Source: Phoronis australis (lineage: Eukaryota > Animalia > Phoronida). From it: 64,000 nt of DNA. The stretch lies in NCBI GenBank assembly GCA_002633005.1, contig NMRA01000303.1:248706-312705 (forward strand), in the 5' to 3' direction. The position numbers were made by a program, and so were the translations under genes. How positions within the stretch are numbered: the stretch's first letter is position 1; each line of letters opens with the position of its first letter. This document shows positions 27,248 through 38,386 of this stretch, piece after piece. The notes beneath the pieces were generated by a model. The model searched no databases, had not been told where the DNA came from, and was given only the letters and a program-made list of their open reading frames with translations.

Positions 27248-28254
27248 CAACAGCTTTATAGGAACACATCTGCCAAATCTCATTATCATCCTAAACAGGG
27301 CTTAGGAGATACAGCAGCGGACGCCGGACGACCAGACAGAGATGACGGCAATATGCACCCACATATAAATAAAAATGAGATTGCATGGTTTTGTTCGCGT
27401 GTCCAGATTTTCTGTTCAAGCTGTATTCATTAAAACTTATTGTAAAATTAATGATTTCGTGAATCACCTTGTCGTCATGGAAACAAAAATGGCAATAAAT
27501 AAAACGTGTCAAAATTTTGCCACCTGGGAACACAAGCGACAGTATACCGGTTTTCTTTCAACCACAAATAACACATGAATAAAAAGTAATTTTTCAACGC
27601 TGTATCAGACAGCTGCTGGGTGCGGTTTAGTTGGTCCAATGGAATCCTACGTGCGTAAATTACCTGCATGAATTAGTTAACAACCGTGTAAATTGATTAT
27701 TTTGTAATTTATGCACGTAAATATTTTTGAAGTGCGTGAATTGTTCCCGTGAGTATTTAATTTACGCTGGTCAGATTGGTCCGATGGACGTCAGCGGTCC
27801 TTTCGGATCAAATCAAAAAGAGGAAACCTCCAAGTGGTAACGATCGAGCTTCATCTACTATTGGAAGGTGTACACGCAATGTTACAGACATGCATCCGGG
27901 GCAGCACCATAGGAAACGTGAGGATTCGGAGGGGGTGGAGAGGAGCGCGTGACCCCCATAATTTGTAGAAATCTTGAAATTTTGAAGTCGTGATCACGCC
28001 AGGCGCAAATGGTGGCAACGCAGGCTGAACTGGAGTTTTGTCGGTGGATCCACAATAAATTACACCTTCTGGCGAACCTACATGGTAAAATCGTAACTGA
28101 GAAAAATTTAGCGAAGAGCATACCGGGAATTTTTGACGGTATTCCTCATGGCGTATTCACCTTTCTAGTGCCCTACGTATAATCCCATTCGTATACTTTC
28201 GGAAACAGGTGGCCTATCAAGGGAAAATTTTTAGCTATCTGAAATGACCATGAT

Positions 28255-28397
28255 TGCAGTATCTTGATTGCGTTTAGTGTACTTGTTCGACACTTGGTGT
28301 CTCTGGTGTGGTGTAGCTAAGCATGTTGGGTAATAAAACATGGTTGTTGTCAGACGCGGCTAGTTTTCTGTCTGACTTTACTAACCAAGTTACCGCA
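28255..28397 (+). repeat. 5' LTR (143 bp)
   Basis: Matches the 3' LTR with 4 substitutions and 1 indel; contains AATAAA. Confidence 0.95.
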
Positions 28398-28430
28398 TAT
28401 TTATTGGCGACGAGGATACTTTTGATCAGA

Positions 28431-29383
28431 ATGGCAGTCCACGGTGCTCTGTCTTATTTTGACCAAGCGGTGGAATCATGGCAATCGTATGTGAAACGTT
28501 TAAAGTTTTATTTCCTGGCGAATGACATAATAGACACAATGATCAAGAAGCGCGCCATTTTCCTGACCTCGTGTGGATCGGAAACCTACCAGTTGGTGAG
28601 GAACTTAATCCAACCGTCTAAACGAGAGAATAAGTCGTATTCTGAGCTTCTTGATGTGTTAAAAATCACTATTCTCCTACACCTAACCCCATTGTTGCGC
28701 GATATAAATTTAATTCCGCAAAACGGGAGAAAGGGGAGAAAATGTCAAATTTTATCAGTAGGTTGCAGGAGTTGGCAGCACATTGCAATTATGGCAACAC
28801 CCTGGAGGACATGCTACGAGATCGGCTTGTGTGTGGGGTTGAGAACTTTGAAATTCAAAAGCGGTTGTTTGCAATTAAAGGATCTAACCTTCTCCAAGGC
28901 CCATGAGATATGCTCAAGCATGGAAATGGCAGTAGACAATGCTAGGGATTTAGGCATTGGTCAGTCTCCAACCTCAAGTGTGAACCATGTGCATCACAAA
29001 CCACAGCAACAGAAACGCCCCAAGCCGTGTTTTCGTTGTGAAGGTCAACACTACCCAGACAAATGCGGATTCAAAGACGCGGAATGTCATGGATGCCACA
29101 GAACGGGACACATTCAACGGAAATGTCCAGACCGTTCTGTACCTTCGAAATCGTCGAAACCGAAATCGAAAACCAAACGTATGAATCATGTGTCAGCGGA
29201 CAATGGCTCCTTGTTAAATAGTTTACATAATAAGGGTAAGTTTGAGCTACCTGTGAAAACATGCAGTAATGTATGTGTGGATGGAAATCCTATGCAATTT
29301 GAGCTTGATACTGGCTCTCCTCGAACAATTGTAACCCAAAGGCCGTTTGATAGTCATTATTCATGTGCAAAACCCAAACTGAG
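28431..29383 (+). pseudogene. Gag (two Cys/His knuckles) plus aspartic protease start, frameshifted
   Basis: MAVHGALSYFD...WQSYVKRL; alternative frame RYKFNS...MLRDRLVCG; CFRCEGQHYPDKC, CHGCHRTGHIQRKC; FELDTGS; runs into N-gap. Confidence 0.9.
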
Positions 29384-29641
29384 NNNNNNNNNNNNNNNNN
29401 NNNNNNNNNNNNNNNNNNNNNNNNNNNNNNNNNNNNNNNNNNNNNNNNNNNNNNNNNNNNNNNNNNNNNNNNNNNNNNNNNNNNNNNNNNNNNNNNNNNN
29501 NNNNNNNNNNNNNNNNNNNNNNNNNNNNNNNNNNNNNNNNNNNNNNNNNNNNNNNNNNNNNNNNNNNNNNNNNNNNNNNNNNNNNNNNNNNNNNNNNNNN
29601 NNNNNNNNNNNNNNNNNNNNNNNNNNNNNNNNNNNNNNNNN

Positions 29642-29923
29642 ACGTTTTTGATTGAGCTGGATGATGGACGTGTCCTGAAGCGCCATGTTGATCATATTGT
29701 TCATAGCATGAAACCAGATCGTGAACTGAAATCAGATTCATTCATTAGTGCTGACTCTAAGGATTTTGTGTTTGTAACAGACACTAGTGTTAATAATTCT
29801 GTTGATAAACCTTCAGATCAGGGTATCGTGCCAGATGTGGTGAACAATATACCGCCAACCGGGACACCAGTTGTTCGTCGCTCACAACGGACTGTGAAGG
29901 CTCCTGATAAACTTGACTTATAG
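29642..29923 (+). pseudogene. Pol/integrase C-terminal tail
   Basis: TFLIELDDGRVLKRHVDHI...RRSQRTVKAPDKLDL*, typical Mag-type pol end. Confidence 0.8.
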
Positions 29924-29993
29924 AACACTTTGACTCTTGTGTTTAGTGTGTAACTCATAAGTAGAGTTAAGTTTAGGCTTAGGAAGGGAGGGA

Positions 29994-30137
29994 TGCAGTA
30001 TCTTGAATGCATTTAGTGTACTTGTTCGACACTTGGTGTCTCTGGTGTGGTGTAGCTAAGCATGTTGGGTAATAAAAACATGGTTGTTGTCAGACGTGGC
30101 TAGTTTTCTCTCTGACTTTACTAACCAAGTTACCGCA
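29994..30137 (+). repeat. 3' LTR (144 bp)
   Basis: Direct repeat of 28255-28397. Confidence 0.95.
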
Positions 30138-30290
30138 ATGATGTATACCAATGGTGCCGCTTTTTAGTTATTTTATAGATACGACATATAAACTATAAAC
30201 TCTGTCGTGTTTTTCCCGAAGCCTTGCTTTTAATTGGTAACACCCTGCAGATCCTGGGAATATTTAACGTAGCATCAAACCTCCGTTATG

Positions 30291-30293
<3 letters not shown>

Positions 30294-30356
<63 letters not shown>
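30294..30356. repeat. (TG)n microsatellite
   Basis: Read directly. Confidence 0.95.
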
Positions 30357-30358
<2 letters not shown>

Positions 30359-31867
30359 CTCAAATTGGTCCTTAGTTAAAATAGATGTGGTTTCTGGGCT
30401 TGAAAAATTGAAATCTCGTTATTTCTTGAGACCAAGCTCGTGAAATTACAGGTAGCGGCGTGACTTGAAAATTTATGGAGCTTATTCGGTACACATAGCT
30501 AACTCTTAGTTGTTCCCGAGTCCATGGATTACTTCTAAACTGAATAAAGAACAAGACAAGATTCCGTTTACAACGATAAGTGACCTGAATCAAAACTTGT
30601 CAATTTGACGGAAAACACAAGTATAATGCCACACTAATTGCGGCTCCAAAATTACGATCATTGGCCTACATTTGAAGGAGGCTATTTGCGGAAATTTTCT
30701 CTACGAGTGGTTATAGTGCGAATGTGCTCTAATACAATCACCCCACACGGATACATACGTCCGAGGTGTTCATATACGACAATGGTGCGCCGTTCAGAAT
30801 GGCGCCTTTTCACGTGCACTCCCAATTTCCATTCAAAGGCTGCCTTTTTCGTAAACTTCCCCGTGAGGATTCACAAAGTTAACGAGTCAATATACCACCT
30901 GACCCACAACAAATTGCAACAAAAGGTTTTACAGTAGTTTTATGATCTACTGGCTATTTTTATTAACAGGAAAAATGACTACCAAAATCTGACCACCGGA
31001 AATGGGTTAAAACTGCGTCATTTTCAAGATGGCCGCCACGACGTTTAGAAATCACCAAAAATAGGTATAACTTCTTCAATAATTGTGATAGAGACTTAAT
31101 TTTTGGTTCTAGTCTATGGTTTTAAGGAGTGAGCAACTCACTGGTGTGCTTGCTTGAAATTAAGATATGATCAGTATTTGATATGAAATTCAAGATGGTG
31201 GCTAAAACCCTAGAGCGAAAAATCACTATTTATCCATTAATTTGGGTGGTCAAAAATAACGTTTCGAATTTTAACCTTTATTTTTTCGAAAGACCTTCAT
31301 TGAAATTGCACAAAATTTTGTACATGTGCATATCAATTCATTATCCGTACACCATAAAAACATAATGATACACTGTGCTTTCGCTCCAGGACACGAAAGA
31401 TACTTTGTAACTCAAAAAAGTCAATGCCAAATTAGACTACATCATTATACAAAGTGACATCATCAAGGATGGTGACACTTGGCAATCAATTTACTCAGGT
31501 GTATATTTTCAAGGGTTGTGTCATAAAAATATTTTGTCAGTTGGGTGCTATATTTTGCGAAGTAAAGATGGTATTTTCAAGTGCTGAGAACGAGTTAATT
31601 GGGGTTAGTTACAACATGTTTTACACAAAGTCCTGATTGCGGTCTAATGTACTACAGCGTTTGGAATGCACTGACAGAGAACGTGAACCAAGGTATAGGC
31701 TGTGCTATGCTCTATAACTTAAACCAGCAAAACTTCTTTACTTAAAAGACATTTCAGTATCTGAACACCAGGTTCCAGTAAAGTATTTATTCGTCGACGG
31801 GACGCATGGACGATTAAGTTACATTTTCATGCAAGAATACTGTGTTCATTACACGTACTGCCTCCGT

Positions 31868-32120
31868 TCAACCCTCGTCAGAGTCTTCAAGTTCCTCAGA
31901 AACTTGATTTAGCGGATTTTCACAAAAAGTCGCTAGCCACAATCCACATGTAGATGTACATACAAGTCCATTCTTTCTGCAGCTGCAACGGGGCGTACTA
32001 CAAGCTGTGGTACCGTTGCAGTGTATCACCTTTAGGAATGTCTGGTGCAGCATTCATGGCAGTTATAATGGGTACGAATTGATTGCATTCTAGTCTCCAG
32101 TCCCAGTCTAAAGGATCCAG
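31868..32120 (-). pseudogene. Cys-rich (CXC-like) C-terminus of an Academ-type transposon protein, frameshifted
   Basis: LDPLDWDWRLECNQFVPIITAMNAAPD, frameshift, LKVIHCNGTTACSTPRCSCRKNGLVCTSTCG...CEN, acidic tail. Superfamily assignment from recalled motif. Confidence 0.65.
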
Positions 32121-32282
32121 GTAATTTGCCACGATTGGGCACGATCCTTGACGTGTGCTTCCTGTACTGAAACGTATCTTTTTTCGCGTTTTTGGCTTTC
32201 TTTCGTGGAAAAGCAAAACCACCGAAAAATTTCGTATGGCAACATCTTTGCCCAAAACAAAAAACAGTCTGGTGACTTTACA

Positions 32283-32356
32283 CAACTCACAGGGATGGTC
32301 AACTCACAGGGATGGTCAACTCACAGGGATGGTCAACTCACAGGGATGGTCAACTC
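32283..32356. repeat. 17-bp perfect tandem repeat x4 (CAACTCACAGGGATGGT)
   Basis: Read directly. Confidence 0.95.
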
Positions 32357-32942
32357 GAAAGTTTTCAGTCTGCAAATGATGCCAACTCTCCTTACAAACA
32401 GACATTCAGTCGCTTTTGTGTGTATCTTTAACCGTTTCCGGATTAGGTTTGAAAAAAAATTGCGAGCCTGTACCAGTAACAAAATGAGTTGCGTTTTGTA
32501 GACGCAATAATCTCGAGAAAAAGCAAGACCACGCGAAATCACGCAAACGAAAGTTTAGTGTCTTACGGATATCGGCTTTGGACCTTGCTAGCCAATGGTT
32601 GGTCGGTGAGGTTGGGATGTTGACTTGTGGGATCTAATTCCGTTTCCAAAAGCGAAAATTCCTTGCTTCAAGAGTGTTTTGGGCCAACGGAATAAAACCC
32701 TATTCCAATGGGTGAGGGATTGCGAACATTCGCTGTTCATTATAGATTTAGAGAAGAAACAAAAATATTTAAAGCTGCTATAAAACCACGTCCTGTTCAA
32801 GAAGTGAATTTTTGAGTTGATCAATCAACGCTTTGAAATTAATTTCAACTTGTTCATTACTCATGCGAGACGTAAGTTCTATATTTGAAACCATACCGTA
32901 CTCGGCGTACAAAATAACACGCCGTCATAAGACAACGTATGG

Positions 32943-33100
32943 AGTCTGCCTCCCGTTCAGTAACGCTAGGACCTCGCTAAAAAGCAAAACTTCTCGAGAT
33001 GAGATATTGCCGTGTACTTTAAATGAGAACACGTGACTTTGGCTAGATTTTCGCAAAGTCTTAGCGTAGGTCCTAGGTTTACTGAACGCTCGCCAAGTCT
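32943..33100 (-). mobile_element. MITE family C, inverted copy
   Basis: Reverse complement of 4547-4702. Confidence 0.75.
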
Positions 33101-34543
33101 CAATCAATAACGAAGTGTCAGTTCTTTCGAAGCTCTAATTTGACAGTTTGAGATGAATTTCATCACGGTAAGTAGCCTAAATCGAAAGTTGGTTTTTGTA
33201 ATGGATAGCAGATGTAAGGTATTAAAAACTGCGGCACTATCCTGTTAGTGCTTTCAGATTATGAGTGTACGAGTCCGAGGAATACCGGTAAGCGGAACGC
33301 CTATAAAGCTATAGACTTGAACTCGGTAAAAGTAAATTTCGATTATTTTCTGAAGCTCGAAATCGGTAGAATTCTCTTTAAGACTTTATTCAATTTTGTC
33401 ATTGAGTCACGTGATAATTAATCGTTTAGTCAGATATTGTAAGCGAAAGATACATTCATAACGGTAACAACACAACATCAATAACTTCACCCACGCCAAA
33501 TTTCATTTGGCTAATAGTCAAGATGAAATCAGTATTTCGCACTATCGTGGTCATAGCTTCTAGATATTTTTTCATTTCTTCTTAATTTTTTCCTAAAAAT
33601 CATAAGAGCACCAGTTTTTAAAAGCTCCTGAAGCGGAAGTGAGCAATGTCAAAAACAATTTCTATTCAGCGTTTGGAAGAACTATCAGAAAGTTTCACTC
33701 GAATTGAATCTGACTAATCTGAACTATACATGTATTAATGATGTTTCGAAGTGAAACAAATTGTAATATTTTACCAAGGATTCACCGAATCTTAAATAGC
33801 CATAAACATTCAGATATCGCTATATAATTATTGACGAGCACGACTCGATACATCTTGAATGAACTCGAAATTTTTTCGAAATTTTCTCGCAAAGGCGTTG
33901 TGATAAGATGAAACGCACAAGAAGACTTCTTGACAGTAACAAAGGAGGCATCAAAACGATAAATAATCTTAACTTCTTTTAAGGCATTAAATTAAACACT
34001 AGCCGTTACCCGTGCTTTTCGCACGGGTAACAGCTAGTGGGAAACGCCGAGCCGGGAGGGAAATAGCTCACCTAAGAGTGAACCGATTGTTCATCGCAAG
34101 AGACAGGAATACTTCTTGAAGAGACCGTGTTCAAAGCTTCAAGCATAATTCCTGTCACTGTCAGATTTTAGTAGGCAAGCTGTGCGACTGCGGGATTCTT
34201 TCCCCATGCAATACAAATTTCTTTCCAATGAGAACATTTGACCCTGCCGTAACACAAAGTACGGTTATTAGATATTACTCTTTTAAGTGAAAACTAAGAA
34301 TGCATTTAAAATATCGTATAGCTCACTACAAAAGTTGCATCATAAATGTACATACTGAGGTAGAAAGCCAGCTAGCTGTATGAAGACTATGCGTCAACAT
34401 ACAGCTAGGTAGCCGTGTGTAGACTGCTCCGTCGCACAACAACACAACCCAGGTGCTCAGCTCTTCACCTCGTCTGAAACTTAAAGCTAACAACCTGCAG
34501 GGGTGCATGCAGAATCTTGGAATGAACCAACATTCACCTTGCC

Positions 34544-34647
34544 TGTTACAGCCGTTGACAGATGTAAAAAATCTAATAAACGTTATTTTTCGTAATGTTA
34601 CAGCCGTTGATAGAAGTAAAAAATCTAATAAACGTTATTTTTCGTAA
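34544..34647. repeat. 52-bp tandem duplication
   Basis: TGTTACAGCCGTTGA...TTTTTCGTAA twice. Confidence 0.9.
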
Positions 34648-35980
34648 TTCTTCGCCTTTTGTAACAAAGGAAAATCTGCCCGACCGTCGTTTTGAAAACA
34701 GTGCATACTCGCGACACGCGCACGTACGCGCCATTTCCTAAAATTTTGCGATATCTCTAGAGAGTTTGTTCTGAAATTGGGTTTTCTGGTATTTAAATAG
34801 TAAAAACTTGTAAAGAAATGAAACCACTTCCGATTTTTACGACATGTACCAGGGTACGCAACCTCACAGTTGATTGAAGATCATGGAAATTGCCCAATAG
34901 GTGACGCAATGGAGCCCAAAAGCGCATCGCAATTTTAGCAGCAGAATAAGTGAAGAACGCCAATTTTCCAACCCCCGGGTAAATAATTTAGTTTACTCAA
35001 GGAAGACTAAAAATTTTTAATAAGGCATCATTACTTTTGGCGGCGACAGGCCCGATGGTACGCCACAGAAGCCGGAGGGAGTGATATCAAGCAGACGGAG
35101 TGACGTCACCCAGGCCGTTGAGCCGACCGACTGACGTCACCAGGCCAAGGCCATTACGAAACTGGCCACCCTCCCTCCGCGACCGCAAAAAACAGCCCGA
35201 GAGAAAAAAATAGAACACCTCAAATCCAAATAGGGGGCCGGTGCAATACCTGGGACCAAGGGGGGTGCCGAAACGGGCACAACGAAGGTCTGTAGTGAAG
35301 CGGAGGAGACGGAGTATGTGCAAACGATGCATTTTATATAACAAATTTATATAATAGATATTATTTAAATACGTTTTAAATGCTTCAAAGTCCTCTTATT
35401 TGTTATATTTGACATATCCAGAACTTTAAGGTTTCGCTACATTCGATGTAAACCATCAACTATTAATAATCAATATTCGAAGGAATATTTTTGAGAGCTT
35501 CGTCTTTTTAGTTCCAAAAAGAAAATAACTAAACCAAACAAAGTTTCTTAATCGAGCCATTTGGTATAATGATGAGTTGAAGGTCTTTGAAAAGCATTTT
35601 TGATAAAAATTGGTTTTAACTGAGAATTTCACTAACTACTGAATCACATTCCTTAAATGTCGTAATACTTAGTATGGTTATCTTGTAATGAACTGAATAG
35701 AGTAAAACAGCATGTTTTCTGTAGTGCACAAATATCAAGTCAAATGTTTCATTTTTCAAATGTGAAAATATTGATTTGTACTTAACTGTACACTTAGAAC
35801 GTTCTTAAAGGAGAATGCCACCCGATTTAATTAGTCTTTTTTACCGTCTTAATCGGTCTATATCCACATCGCCTCGCATACGGTCGACCTTACCTTGCCA
35901 AGAGGTGTCGCGTTAACATGTGAGGAAGGTGAGAAACGACGCAGCGACGTCGGTGTTTCATTTGCAAAGTGAATGCCGCT

Positions 35981-36283
35981 ATGTTGCAGTGCATCGTTCC
36001 CGCTTGTCCGAACTATGCAGCTGCGAGGAAAGCGGGTATATCGTTTTTTCGACTTTCCCGAGAGTCCGAAATGCTTAGGAAGTGGTTCATGGTAGTGAAG
36101 AATGAAATGTACGCTGTAAATACATGTAGCAAGTATGAGGCCGTGAAACATTTCCGTGTCTGTGGCCTGAAATCGTCGACAGTGAGTCTGACGAATGCCG
36201 GCATACCAAATATCTATCCGTTGCCTGAGCTTGTTCATGGCGCCTCTCTAGTATTTCTTCATCACTCCGGTTCGAACTGGTAG
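35981..36283 (+). pseudogene. THAP-domain stub
   Basis: MLQCIVPACPN...FFRL...RKW...RVCG...AGIPNIYP; the zinc-binding His after the third Cys is missing. Confidence 0.8.
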
Positions 36284-36363
36284 TCCGCCGTGAAACTTAA
36301 CGATACACCTGCAAAGTCTTCGTTGGACGAGCTCTCGTCTAAGTCGGGATTGCGAATTGCCAT
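36262..36363 (-). pseudogene. Acidic stub with YQFEPE motif (KolX-like, inferred)
   Basis: MAIRNPDLDESSSNEDFAGVSLSFTADYQFEPE*, continuing SDEEILERRHEQ in a shifted frame. Confidence 0.55.
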
Positions 36364-37007
36364 GTTGACGTTTGTTACTGAGCGTTCTGTTTCAAAATGA
36401 ATTATTCTCACCCTCACCAATACTTATATAAAACTGAAACAAAGTATGTCTCATTAGATGCAGTTTGTAATTCCTTTGGAGTGTTCGTGAGTGCAAATGA
36501 TTTGAGAAGCCAGCAATGAATAAATCACTGCGTTACCGGCGTTAGGTGATAAAACTAATTGACCGGACACTGAGTCCGTGTGAGCTCATGCTAATTCAGT
36601 GCTTGCTGTTGTAGTTGTGAAATAATAACTCGATTTCTATCCCACGGCCAGGTGTTAGGGGAATCTTTATTTACATTTACATTATTCAAATAATGATTGT
36701 AAATGTACAACTTCTGCTCTGACGGTTCTGTGACCAAAGCGGAACCTGATATCGCGGCCTCCGACGAGTAAGTAGATTTGCAGTTTCGTGGCTAATTCAC
36801 CAACATAATCACGTGCACATTACTTATTTAGCTCACTAGTATAGCATTTTCTTGACTGAAAGTTTAGTTTCCAACTTTGGCTGGTTAATGTTCGTGATGT
36901 CTTCAGTCCGGTCGCGACGGGCGTGATCGGGTTCCGGGCCACTGGCTGGGATAACGAGTCAGTCTGACCGCGACGAGCCTGGTCGGGTTCTGAGCCACTG
37001 GCCGGGA

Positions 37008-37749
37008 TGTCACGTTTTTCCCCGTGTGTGGGTGGGCGCAGTTTGTTACAGACCGGTGCTAGCTTTCGGTGCGAAGATTGACTGAAGACTGGCTCGAGTT
37101 AATCCTTAAGCCTACTCAAACAAAACGTCCGACGTAATGTCTGTTTATGCTCCAGCCAGTGCTGCGAAGCCTTGACTTGTGTTGAATTTCTGAGATACTT
37201 CCAGCAACTGTTACACTCGTTGATTCAATAACCTGCTGTCTCTATGGCTGGCTCTCTATTGACTATCGCTGTAACTGCTGATTCTCTTCACTGCAACTCA
37301 ACTGCAGTTCTCCTGATAAACTTACTTGAACTGACTTGATCTTCTCCTGAACTGACTTGATCTCCTTGGACTCAACTGACTAACACAAACCCGTGCTTGC
37401 GTATTTATAGCCTAATGCATTGTTCTGGAACTTTTCATCATTTCAAGCACATTCTAGAACTTTCCAGAATCTACCCAACCCAACCATTCTACAAACATGT
37501 ACTACTCTCTAGAATATTCCGGACTGCATTAATCGCTGTCATGCTAGAGTCTTCTAGAAAGTTCCACACCATACTGTAGTAAACAAATTACATCATCACT
37601 GTTCTGACCTCAGTCTTCTAGAAAGCTCCACAATATTTTGTAGTGAACAAATTACCTCATCACTGTACTTAACTCAGGGGTCATGCCAATCAAACAGAAT
37701 AACAAAACAAAACAATGCAACTAAAATACTGTCAGACTATATTCCGACA
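37008..37749 (-). mobile_element. Solo LTR, 742 bp, 5-bp TSD (CGGGA)
   Basis: TGTC...GACA termini; CGGGA at 37003-37007 and 37750-37754; splits the second unit of a local ~55-bp repeat. Confidence 0.85.
37375..37630 (-). promoter_or_regulatory. Heat-shock element cluster, TATA box and Inr-like start within the solo LTR
   Basis: Perfect 4-unit TTCtaGAActTTCcaGAA (37452-37469); further arrays at ~37423, 37507, 37547, 37616; minus-strand TATAAATA at 37402-37409; TCAGTT about 30 nt downstream. Confidence 0.75.
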
Positions 37750-38386
37750 CGGGATAACAAGCGTTTTGTGTGTTTAGAACTAAAAAAAATCACAAGTCTA
37801 ATAAGCACAGATCTAGGTTCTCTTGTCTGTATCTCACAGAAAAATACTTCGAATTTATTTCCGAACAGACCCCAAACTCCTGCTACGGACCTTGGCCTGC
37901 TGAACTTTGTAAGCTACGGTGTGTCCAAATACCAATAAATCCGTAAAAGCGAAATAAAACAACAGTTTTTATAAGAACTCGGTGTATTTTTAAGGGTTTT
38001 ACATCGAAGTTTGATTATTTATTGGCGTTAAATGATGAATTCAAGCGGTAAGCTGACACCAGTAACCCGTGTTGTGAACTGCTGAACACACTGCGTGTGA
38101 AACCAATGACGTCATTGGATAATTTCAACACCTCCGTTTGCCGTCAGGTGTCAGGTAACGCAAACGTACGTGCCGTTATCGAGTGGAACTACTGGATCTT
38201 AATTGATACAAATTAGGTTGTTTTTTGGGTGGCCTGCTCCTTCCATATTGCGTTACAACAAAATCGAAAAGAAGACTGCTTCGGTTTGGATTGTTCAATG
38301 AATGTCAAGGAAAACGATACTTGTTTTTTTTATAAAGAATCAGTTGACACCTTTTTGGTATTTTGTAACAAGTACCCTTATCCTAG

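Larger units (their letters stand above)
24767..27375 (-). mobile_element. Second Helentron-associated element, with nested MITEs
   Basis: AACAAGAGCAACGC...ATGCGCCCA end, CCACTAGG monomers, and GGACGCCGGACG...GATGACGGCAATATGCACCCACAT end, all homologous to 7129-8646. Confidence 0.7.
28255..30137 (+). mobile_element. Ty3/Gypsy LTR retrotransposon, Mag-like
   Basis: TG...CA LTRs 28255-28397 and 29994-30137; ATGAT TSD both sides; PBS TGGCGACGAGGAT at 28405 (complementary to tRNA-Ser(GCU) 3' end); polypurine tract AGGAAGGGAGGGA before the 3' LTR. Confidence 0.95.
35809..38241. mobile_element. Internally deleted Kolobok-type transposon containing a solo LTR
   Basis: TTAA|AGGAGAATGCCACCC left end; candidate right end GGGTGGCCTGCTCCT (imperfect inverse, TSD degraded); convergent THAP and YQFEPE stubs. 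Right boundary tentative. Confidence 0.55.

Noticed and set aside
28323-29651. Intact 442-aa protein
   Set aside because: Starts inside the LTR, has an out-of-frame middle and includes an N-gap.
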